A stretch of 64,000 nt of DNA from Podarcis liolepis (Eukaryota), in NCBI GenBank assembly GCA_965112155.1, contig OZ218104.1; one strand, 5' to 3'. Position 1 is the stretch's first letter; each line of letters opens with the position of its first letter. A program made the position numbers and the translations under genes. The notes under the pieces were generated by a model, which was not told the origin of the DNA, ran no database searches, and was given only the letters and a program-made list of their open reading frames with translations. Below, one piece after another: positions 35,444 through 47,100 of the stretch.

Positions 35444-36622
35444 ATTTTTTTAAAAAAAACGCACAACCTCTTCTTTACTTGCGGAATACCGGCTGTTCCT
35501 TGCTGATACTGGAAATATCTGATCTTGCTCCTCTGTTTTTCATTATTTATTTTTCACTGGGCTGTTACTCTCTAGAATATCCTTCCTCCTCCCCCCCCCA
35601 TTTGTTACAGGAATTACAAGCAAAATGAAAGCGTGCTGTCAACGCAAGAAAATACTAAATCCCCCCCCCAACCTTATTTCTACTCTGAAAATACTTCAAA
35701 GTTTATATAAAAATCGTAACCTCCTCCCTGCCCCATTCCCCCCCCCCTCCGGTTCTTCTCTTTAATGTGGTGCTACAGATAAAACCAAGTGGCTGTAACA
35801 CTGACGTTTAATTTCTTTTAAGAAGTTTTCTCCCCCTTTACGCAGAGAGAACAGCGTGCAAGACCATGGATGTAATTGGCCATTTAAAGTGAGCTGCCTG
35901 CACTCCGGGCTCTGTTTAATAGCGAGGGGCAGGTACAAGGAAGTCGCTGGCAGCTCCCTACTGGCCAGTCTATTGATTCAGGACAGAAATCAAAGGCTCT
36001 TTGAGTTTACCCACAATGTTGTGTTAAAAAAGTGACCTTAAACCATTCACCTCTTCCCCCTGCCGCTGCCCTTCCAGCCCAAACGCAGCTTGGAGAATTT
36101 ACAGCATCACGTGGTCCACAGGAGCCCAGCTTGGAGAAATGCTGCTCCTGTTGGGCTCAGCAGCTGCTTCCAAAAGCCTTCGACCTTGATTGCTGCTCTG
36201 AAAGGGTCTTTTTAAATTTATTTTTTGAAATATATAACTGTAAACATGAACCCATAAAAACAATATGCAGGTTCCAACTACTACCATATTGTATAGAAGT
36301 ATCCTTTTCTGATCGCCCTGAAAAGCTCCACCACCATACTACACTTCATCACTTACCTGTATTATTTTAAACTTATATATCATCTCAATCAAGAGAATGT
36401 GTCCAAAAATTCTAAATCGCATGCTGCTCTGAAACTGGTGAGTGTGCGACTTTACTGCTTCCGCAGCTTCCTTTAGGTATCTTAGCAAACCTCTGCTGGT
36501 AGGCCCGGCACCTGGCTTCTTTGGGTCTAAGAGTTCAAAGAACAAGTACAGAGGACAAGAGGTGGGATGATTACACTCCCTCCCGCAAAGACGCTTGGGC
36601 CATGTATTTTGGTACTTGGTTG

Positions 36623-36679
<57 letters not shown>

Positions 36680-39600
36680 TATATACTGCCCTATACCCAG
36701 AGGTCTCAGGGTGGTTCACAGAATAAAATTTTAGCTGTAAAACAAAATTTTAGCTGTAAAAATGAAATAATGCTGGTACATGGCTGTAGGTTAGAATACA
36801 TGTATTGCATGCAGAAGGCTCTGGGTTCAATTCCTGGAATCTCCATGTAGGATGGGGAAACAGACCCGTCTGAAATCCCAGAAAGCTGTGGTCAGTCACT
36901 GTTGAATCTGATAAAAGGCAGCTTCCGCTGATCCTGTTTTAATAATTCCTTCCTTCAGAATCATGAGGATTCTTAGTTTCCCTCCAGGGAAGGGCCATTG
37001 CTGAGTTTTAGAGCACATACTTTGCATGCAAAAAATTCCAGGCTGCTTCCGCAGTACTTCTAGGTAGGGGCTGGAAAGACCCGGTTTGAAACCCTGGTAA
37101 GCAGCTTCCAGTATAGGTGATAACTGAGAAAAAGCTTCCTAAACACAAGCTTTTTACCCAACTGCCTGGAGTAGAATCCAGAATCAAACCCTGAACTGCA
37201 TATCTTGGAAGGTGATGAGACTATTCTTAAGACCTCATCATTGGAAGCAGAAGCTCCCTCAACTCAGGGTCTGCTAGCTTTGATTGTTTTGCAAATGCTC
37301 TTGTCTTGTCAATGACAGGTGAGTCATCAGCTGGCAAGCGTGATGGATCTCTTCACCACCAGCCTCGCATTGGCAGGACTGCAGCCTCCCAGTGACAGAC
37401 AGATCGACGGAATCGACCTTTCGCCTGTCATCCTGCAAGGCAAGTTAATTGACAGGTGAGTTATGAACATCACACTCGCAGCTCTCCATCCCTTGACTCC
37501 TCCAATTACTGGTGTGGAGCAGAAAAAGTTGGATATTTTTAGAGCCTCTTATTTTAAGAATGGGTCAGGTTTTTTGGCTGCTGGGTTGGGTGTTTTAAAG
37601 TAATGCTATTGTACTGACTCTAGCTCCCTGGCAGAGCACATATTGCATGCAGAAAGTCCTAGGTTTAATCTTCAGCATCTCCAGGTAGGACTGAGAGAAC
37701 TGTCTAAAACCCTGGAGAGCCACTGCCGGTCAGCGTAGTATACAGTACTGGGTTTGATGGACCAGTGCTCTGATTTATTATAATTAATTAATTAATTAAT
37801 TAAATTTTCTATACCGCCCTTCATCCGAAGATCACAGGGCATTTACAATGATTTTGACTGATATAAGGCAGCTTCACATATACACCCATAATACAATGTC
37901 AATTATGTTTGTCCTCTCTAATTAGGAACAAATGTTCATATGCAAGTAATAAGAAGTACTGATAGAGTCAGGGGCAGGACATGAGGTGAAGGGCAAAAAC
38001 TATACCAGATCCTTCTGCTATTTTCTGGAAACCATCCTGAAAATGTGAATTAATGCAGACCTCCCCACTGAATTTTCTTCATTGCTAATAGACTGTGTAC
38101 TGGTCCAATATGAACCTCCTTTAAAATAACAGCTGATGCACATTGTGTGCGCTGAAAATATCTGGGTGAGGGAATTTTCTCTTACATCTTTTGCATGCAA
38201 GCATAGCACAGACAGTGTTTAAAAATCCCTTTCCTCTACATTTTTGTCACCCACCCTAATGTAGTTTCAAGGTGGTGTAGGGCACAGGATGTCCCTCACA
38301 TGGCAGATATCAAGATAATTATTTGTCCGTTCTGCTCAAAATTCCCCTTTCTGTGACTGGTTTGCCAGTGTTCGCAGCACACCTGTACAGTCTGGCTTTC
38401 CAGGGCCGTACGCTGAAGACTTTGGCTTCCTGTACCCTTTGCAGCTCCCATCACAGAGGTGCCCCCTCTTTTGGAGTATTTTAAGCCATCAGGCTCTGTG
38501 TGTGAAATTACATAGTCTGGTAGTTCAAGGATTAACAATTGCCAGCAAGATGACTTGCATAACATTTCATTCTTGCTTACGCAAACTCAGACTCTCGTCT
38601 TGATGGACGCTTTTAAAAATGCTAATTGAAAACCTTGCGGTGGAGGCTATTAGAAGGCAACCTGCTCCTGAGTGATAGCTGAGTTGCCAGCCAGGCTCCA
38701 TTAAAGTGTTTGTCTCCCTTATCTGTGTGGCTGCCAAAAGCGAGGGAAGCCGCTTGTTTGGACACGTTACATTTCTCATGCGGCTGTACATCTCTCTTGT
38801 TGTCCTTCCCTCTTTCCATCAGGCCAATATTTTATTACCGTGGCAACGAGATGATGGCAATACGGGTTGGGCCTTATAAGGCCCATTACTGGACCTGGAG
38901 CAATTCCTGGGAGCAATTCAGCCAGGTAATTGAAAATCCTCCCTCCCTCCTTCCTTCTCTCCTGCATGTTTGTCTTCCTCCTCCCATGGAAATACACCCA
39001 TCACTCCCAGAAGAGAAACTCAGATCATCAAAATGTCAACTTTTGCTCCATCTTCATTTTTGTTTAATGCAAGTCATGGTTTTGGGGATATGTTAAAGGG
39101 GTACAGATCAGGCTAGCCCACCTTCCACAGTGGTGCTCAGGAGGCCATCACCTGTGCATGTGCCTGCTGCTCTTTGTGACTGTCTCTGTCTAGTCCTGGC
39201 TGCTGTCATGTTCCTTCTGGTGGAGCATATGCCTGCACAGCTTCCTTCGGAAGCACAGCAGGTGGAGCTGGGCACCAGCAGCCTCTGGGAGCATCAAAGG
39301 AAAGTGCTGGGCAGCATCAAGGAGAGGGTAAAGGAAGAACCAGAGGCTTGGAGGGTATTTGGAGAGGCTTGGTGTGCCCTGTTAAGAAACAGCATGTAAA
39401 GTGTAACTATGTAAAATGATAATAACCATAATCTCAGAAATTGCCGCCGCCACTCTTGTCAGAACCACCAATAGCCACAGCAGCATAAATCTGCCTCACT
39501 TTGAAGGGTATAATCAGCCTGCCAGACTTTTGGCATTGCCGGTTGTCAAATGCCCCAGAGTTTAGACTTTAGTTAAGAGCGAGAGAGAATAATTTTGAGC

Positions 39601-41142
39601 AGAAGAAATATTGCAGGCAGCAGCTTTGATCGTGCAGTGCGGAGGAGTGGATCATCTTTCTACGGATGAATAAAATGTAGCTTGCTTCCAATTCTGTGCT
39701 CTGCTGCACAGAGGCAGCTGGTCAGGGTGCTGAGCTTCTTGTGCTGGCATAAGGAGACCCTCCCCTCCTGCCTCCACTGTTAGATGTTGCCAGGCTTCCC
39801 AGACCCCAGTGGATGTTTGCTACAGACACCCTTCTGATCACCAGCACATTGTCATTCAACCACTACAGAAATAAGTTCTTTTGAAACCTGCTTACGCGTC
39901 ACCCAGCACCCGATTCCAGGGGTCCTAGTATCCAGCGCACCAAAAGAAGTGGGATGAGGCCAAGGACCAAGCCCTGTCTTGCTCTGATGGGCCACAAATA
40001 CACACCATAAATTACAAAACGCCCTTCAAAAATGCATCAAACTCTAGGGCAATCTGATCTCCGCTGCTTCTCACGAAGTGGCTTTCTTCTCCGCTCTTTC
40101 TTTCTCTCCATCGGCTGCTCTCCTCTTTTTAGCTGCGTCTTTCCTTTCCTCCATCCCATCTACATTTACCAAAGCAGTGCTCAAGGTGACTGGCAGCATT
40201 AAAACTACAATAAAAGAATCAAAAAGTAAACATGTAAATAAAATTAAATGCAAAAAAACAGAAGCAGCATAATAGTTAATCAGCTTCAAATACCAAAATG
40301 AATGAAAAGCCCACCTGAACCAAATTGTTTTCACCTGCTAGAAGGGGGGGACAAAGGAGACTCCTATGAGAGAGAGTGGGGGTAGCTGCAGGAAAGGTTC
40401 CCATATCCACTCTCTCATCCAGTTTCCATCTGGTCACAGCCTTCCTCCAGCTGCACTTGCCAAGCTGCTCTGGCAATGGAGATGGTGCGTTGATGAAGCT
40501 TAGCATTGGTGCCAATCCTGCTAGTATTTTTAATTCTTAGATTTCTGTTTCTCTCCTTCATGTCCTCTCAGGATCTTCTTACCTAGCTTTCTTGAGAGAA
40601 TAGGCCTTTTGTGATGGTGGGAGGACCGTTGATTTGGAAGCAGGAGAGGGCAGAACCCACCCCGCCCCCATATTTTATACAAAGATGAGAACTCGGATAA
40701 ATTTAATTGTTTTTATGCTGTGTTTTAAGTATCTAGCACACAAACTGATGTTGAGAAGCATTTATTTTTGACCTGAGCCTCTTGCTACACGTCTGCCTTT
40801 CTGTGTGTGCTTAGCTGAGATAATGGGGACCAGTTACTCATTCCCAAGGTTATCCTCCTGTGAGCAGTGGCAGACGTGCAATTAAGGAATGTTTATTCCT
40901 TTCTAAGTCTTTGTTTAACTGCTAGTTGATAAAAGTCAGCAATTATACTGTACATCAGAGAGATGATTAAAAATTCATTTGCCTTCCTGCCGCTCATGTC
41001 GTCTGTGGTTGATGTGGGCAAAATTGGAGCACAGAATTAGTGGACAGAACAGCCATTAACAACGCTCAGAGAGAGAGCAGGGGTTGGAATTTGTTCAAAT
41101 TCTTCTTCTCATGCTCAGACATTAATTACAACCCAAGCCAGC

Positions 41143-41190
<48 letters not shown>

Positions 41191-44100
41191 TTATGCTTTC
41201 GATTTGCAGATACTTGAAATGCTCCCAAGGTCAAATTGTTGTACAATCTCTGTTTCACTGCCTTCAGTTTCCATCTCAGTATTGTTGATATTGGGTGTTA
41301 GGAGTTACAAAAGCCGATTTCTTTGCAAAATTGTGTGTTAGGAATTACAGATTTTGGTTTCATTGCAAAAATGTGAGTCCTAATGCATAAATTGTAAGTG
41401 GCGCCGGAATTCCAGCCATGAGCTGATCCCACATTGCATTGGATCCACTGGAGCTTGTCATGGGCAATTGTTGGGTCTCCTCAGTGACTCATAATCAGCC
41501 GTTTGATTCAGATGCCTGGCTGTGCTTGGCCCAAGGGAATGCAGTATTGTCATTAGCTTCCTTAGAGCCAGAACTGCATCCCCAAAGCTTTCACTTGCAA
41601 AGCTGTGAATTCAAATCTGCAACGACAGAAAGAGTGCACCTCTTGGGATTGTAGTGGAGTTCAACCTATCTAAACGGGACTGCACTTGATCAGGTGTATC
41701 TAAGCAGTCGTCACAAGCCAGTTTGTTTATTTTTAGGTCTTTTAAGGCAGGGACAGTGGCTGTCTGTTCTTGGCTCTCTTTCCTCCAGCCCGTGATGAAT
41801 GAGTAAGTTTCATGAAGGTTCCACATTCTGTGGTAATAGCAATGGTGGACAAAGTTTACAAGACCCAGGTCTTTTTCCATGTCTGTGAGCATTTTCCTCT
41901 ACATATTGCAGATTCATAAGTGCTCCATTCAATATGAGCTTTCATTCTGGATGGGGATCCTGGTCCATGGCTCTTTGCTCATCTTGGCTCATCAGCTAAG
42001 GTGCTCCATTCTTGCAAATCATGCTGGCTAATCTTATTTGCTCTGGAGATCAAGTCTTGTTTGAATTCCTTAACTTCTGGTGTTTGCAGTTTTAAGATCC
42101 AATAACCTCAGTGTCCCAAACACAGACAACATTTGCTCCTTAAACTTTGATGGTGCTTAGTCCATCCTAGCTGGTCACCCTCACCTGCATCATCACACCA
42201 AATGAAGACTATATTACTGGGTATATAATAGAGGAGGGGAAAATATGACTTGTCTCTCTCACATACACTACCTAGTCTTGCCCTAGGCTGGTGTTCTCCA
42301 ATTTGAGTTTTCCCCTTCCTTGTCATGATCTGTTTTCTAGTTAGAACACCTTGGTATTTTTCTCTGACTTAATTATGAATATAAATGTTATTTAGTGAGC
42401 ACCTGTTTTCCTTAAAGTGCCACAAGAAGAAATATAAACCCACTCCACAGGAAATCCGCATGACTAAAGAAAACCTGGCTGTGTCGCTTTGCAGCTGTAA
42501 GTTGTGCGGGAGGGTTGCATTAGGAATATTTACTTAGCTGCCAGCCAGAGGCTGTAAAAGAGCCGTTTGTGATTTACAAGTAGTTCTTGTCTATGTAGTT
42601 TCAAATTGTCATAACACTCAGAGGCTGATAAATGGGTTTGTGCTGAGTAAAAGGAAAGTTTAGTGTAGGGAGGGAGATGCTAGTAAATAACAAAAAAAAT
42701 TGTGGTATTTTTGGAGACACATTTATTTTCTGGACCAGGACAGTAGATAACTCTTTTAAGCCTATGCCAAAGAACCTTGGGCTGCACTGGCAAATCCATT
42801 TGAGATACCACAGGAACGGCAAGCTCTTGGCAAGTGTTTGGAAGGATGAAAGGCCTGTGACTTCGCTTACCCTTTTGCTCTAGAAGTGTCAGGACCCCGC
42901 CCCTGAGCTCACCTGTTCCTCTTGGAAAGAGGCTCAGCTGATTTGTTGGCAGCACTTCCCTGTGACAAATACATTTGGCCACATGGAGACATGCATCACT
43001 GTTATGCACAGACAAGCACTCTGTGCAGGAATTGGTTGAGTCTGAAGCAGACTTGCACAGATTCTGTGAGCCAGAGAGGAGGTCCTACATCCTTAGGATG
43101 CAGCAGTATTGGGTGGAAGAGGTCCTACCTTCTTCTCCACCTTCTCTATAGTCTTGTCTCGTTCTGAAGAAGAGGAGGGCAGGGTCTCCACACCACCACC
43201 ACCACCTTGGACTATTAAATTGCTGTCTGTTAAATTGGAATCTCAAGGCTTGTTGGTTCCATTTTTATCCCACATTTCCTTCAAGCAGCTCAAGGTGGTA
43301 TACTTGGCTGTCTCCCATCTTACTTTCCCAACAGCCCTGGGAGGTAGGTTAGGCTGAGAGTGAGTGACTAGTCTCTGGTCACCAAGTGAGCTTAATAGCT
43401 GAATGAGGAGTAAATCCAGATCTCCCTGGTCCTCATCTCACATACTGGTTCTCCACTCTCATTCTTTTGCCCCTTGTGCTTTCCTCGTAGCAAGACATGA
43501 AGGCAGAAGTCTCCTCTCTGCTTGCCTTCCACAAAGCATTTTTTCCTGTCCCTGCTACAGCCCTGGTTGCAGTCCCTGAAAGAAGATGTATTTTTCATAG
43601 CCCCTGGCTGGATTGCATATTAGCCGATAGCTTCAGCTTCTTCCTGGTGCTGTCAGCTTCGTATCTTGTTAGCTTTCAATGATTTTTTTATCATAAAGGC
43701 CACTGTGTATTTTTAAAAGGTTTTGTGTCCATGTTTATACGAAGACCCCTATTGTTTTAATATAAAATGCCAAAGGGTTTTTTTCATGCTGCAATCTTCT
43801 CTGATTGCCCTTCTCATCTGACGTGAAGCAATCGATAGCACCTTTTCTGCGAGGGGGGGGGGGGAAGGGTGTGTGGTGTGAAGTCAAGTAGAACCTCACA
43901 AATAATGACATTTGATTGTGGTCCTCTGAGCATGTGGGTTAGCCATCGATCGCTTCTGCTTGAGAGCCGATGGAGACTTTCTGATTTGCACCCCCCGCCC
44001 CCGGTCCCTTCCAGACAGTTAACATGTGGAAAGCGATTTTTGTTCAGCAGGGCTGAAGCAACAGCTGCTGAGAAGAAGTCATAGTAATAGCATTTTCAAA

Positions 44101-47100
44101 GGAGGGGTCTAGGTGGTGATTCACTCTGCATCCTAATTCTAGAGACTTTTGCCTGGAATCCTCCGGGTCGGTGGAAATAGCCTGTCTTCCCACATGACGG
44201 CTGGAGCTTGAAGGGCCAAGAGTGTGGCTGTGCTGAGGATTCCTGGCTCTATCAGCTTCCTCATTCATAACTTCATTTCCTAGTGCGTCACTCTTTCCCC
44301 CGTTCCTCCTGTGCCGTGTCCATTGGAATGAGGAAGCCTCGGCAAGAGGACAGAGACGCTCCTTGTGTCAGCCAGGCGGATATCGCAGTTGCTCATCAGG
44401 CCAGAATGATCTGGGATCGTGCCCAGGTGATGGATTGCCAAAGGCCGTTTGTTAACACACGTACGCACACGTTGGTGGTTCCACTGCTTGGCTGGGAGCC
44501 AACTGGCAACCGCCTGCTGTTTTGCCTCATGTTTATATCGACTGAGCATCTGTGGCCCATTTGCTTGGGAAATTGATGCACTGGCAGGGCAGCCATAGAG
44601 NNNNNNNNNNNNNNNNNNNNNNNNNNNNNNNNNNNNNNNNNNNNNNNNNNNNNNNNNNNNNNNNNNNNNNNNNNNNNNNNNNNNNNNNNNNNNNNNNNNN
44701 NNNNNNNNNNNNNNNNNNNNNNNNNNNNNNNNNNNNNNNNNNNNNNNNNNNNNNNNNNNNNNNNNNNNNNNNNNNNNNNNNNNNNAGGAAGAAAAATTTT
44801 GGGAAATAGGGCAGGTGGCAGAAGGGACACACATCTGATCTTCCACAAAAGCTAGGGTGGAGATGGGAGGGCAACAGAGACGACTCGGTGCTTCTTTAAA
44901 TACTTAAGAGATTCAAACTGTTCTGGGGATGTGTGCTATGGCAAAGTCTGCGTAGAAAAAGCAATAGGTAATCAAAAATCAAAAATGTAGGTAGGTTTTT
45001 AACAATCTCTGGAAGGAAAAATCAGCTGTGGGTTTTTTGGCCTTACTGTAGGGAGGGAAATCAGAATGGGGACTTCTGCCCATGTTTTTGAAGGCAAGTT
45101 CCCTTTCTGGATCCCTCCCAGAAGCCACTTCAGATCCTTCTCAGAGAAGGCTGGTTGGCCCAATCCTCACTGTTTCATCTGGCTTTAGTTTTCAAAACAA
45201 GATGGCTTTTGTGCTTTAGTGTGTGTATACACAAGAAACTGAGTATCCTTCTTAATCTGGAGTAACATCCGCTTCCACCTTCTTTTGTTTTTACAGTGAC
45301 TAAAGCAAGTTAGATTCCCCATGGCTGCCACCAATGCAGAACATGCCATGGAAAACGTGGGGAACAGCAACCCTTGGGCCACACAAGCTTCAGAAGCCAC
45401 TGGGTGGCCAGAAGGGTTGGAGCAGACTGCAGAGGAAGCACACTGTGGGAGCCCCTGCTCCCTCTGTGGTTGTTCCTTTTCATAGAATCATAGAATCATA
45501 GAATCATAGAATCATAGAGTTGGAAGAGACCACAAGGGCCATCGAGTCCAACCCCCTGCCAAGCAGGAAACACCATCAGAGCACTCCTGACATATGGTTG
45601 TCAAGCCTCTGCTTAAAGACCTCCAAAGTAGGAGACTCCACCACACTCCTTGGCAGCAAATTCCACTGTCGAACAGCTCTTACTGTCAGGAAGTTCTTCC
45701 TAATGTTTAGGTGGAATCTTCTTTCTTGTAGTTTGGATCCATTGCTCCGTGTCCGCTTCTCTGGAGCAGCAGAAAACAACCTTTCTCCCTCCTCTATGTG
45801 ACATCCTTTTGATTCCTGCAATGGAAGCGGTTGGACTAGATGATCCTTGGGGTCCCTTCCAACTCTATGATTCTATGGAAAGGAAGTGGCAGCAGTCACA
45901 GGGGACACAGCTGGCACAAGAGAACTGCCTGCTGGTCCGAGCTGGGGGTCTGTCCTAATATTGGGAATGAAAGCCAAACACAAGCTGAGTGCTGGTGCAG
46001 CAGTTGCAAACCACCATTCTGTTCCTTGGGTGGCTGCACTCACAGCTCACATCTGGAGGTAGTGGGCCTGCACGTGGTTGCGTGGAAATATATTTCAGCC
46101 CCCAATCAGCTGAGTGCGTTAATGCTAAGGCTGTCTTAACATGAGAAGCCAAGGGTGCTCTGTAAACAGAGCAGCGTGGAAGCAAATACCCAGAGAATAA
46201 ATTCTTACCTCAAACGAAAACATTTGCACTAGAGGAGCGCAGTACTAATTAGCAGGCTCTTAATTAAATAGCCTTTTTGATTTGCATCCAAATTACAACT
46301 TGTATGTTACGTCTTGGCTTTGATTAGCTGTTGTCACCGTCTTCTTCTTCTTAAAATAGTATTGAAATGCTCCACTTTGCGCAATTGCAAACCCCGCTTG
46401 GTCTCGGAGGTCTCCAGCACCAGGAGGTGAAAAGGTCAATCACCTCCGTATCCATTTAAAATCCATTATGGCCTGCCTGCTGCAGCTTATCAAGCAACTC
46501 TCTCTCTCTTTATTTTTCTAGCCACTGATTCAGGAATCTATAGCTCTGTGCAGGTAAATGGGATTTCATGGGCTTCTAACCTTTCTTACTTTATTGAAAA
46601 GCAGAATATTAACTGCTCCACTGACCAGCCTGTCCATTAAAGACACACAGGATATTTTTAGAAAATTGTTTGCCAATCAAATCCCCTCCAACGTCTGTGG
46701 AGAGCCTTTCAGCTTAGTGTTCGTTCTATGTGCAAACAGTACAGCTGTGCCGCTGCCCCTCCCGCCCCCCCTTTAAATGGGTTTTGCCATGCTGGCCTCT
46801 GTATTATGTAAGTCCTTTTCACAAGGAGGGTGACTTCAAGGAACCTGGACAGGCTAGAAGCCTCATGGAAGGGGACAGAGGAAAGCCCTAGATTGACCAG
46901 ATGCAACTGAGATGCTGTGACCATTGGCGACCTTATAGGAGGCATAGAATAGAGGGGTGTTCTTCAAGGGGATGCTGTCATCTTGCAGTCCCCAGCCAAG
47001 AAGACCAGGGCCTGGTCCACACATGCAGGAGACTGAGAGCAGAGAGCGCCATATCAGGCTGTGGGTGGAAGCTCCTGTCTGCAAATGGGCTGGGTCACAG

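Noticed and set aside
36521-36850. ORFs with poly-Ile, poly-Asn, ER, LS or TH runs (also near 20194, 35293, 41040, 54136 and 56304)
   Set aside because: Translations of microsatellites.
36780-37140. tRNA-like A/B-box sequences
   Set aside because: These are heads of tRNA-derived SINEs continuing into SINE bodies; no complete cloverleaf.
41611-41892. 93-aa minus-strand ORF ([14 protein letters not shown]...)
   Set aside because: No recognisable domain and no supporting splice structure; length is within chance expectation.
44280-44874. Long ORFs spanning 44280-44874
   Set aside because: Artefacts of translating through the N gap.
45481-45518. Short direct-repeat array (CATAGAAT)n
   Set aside because: It is the CR1 3' microsatellite tail; there are no spacers, and the eukaryotic context rules out CRISPR.
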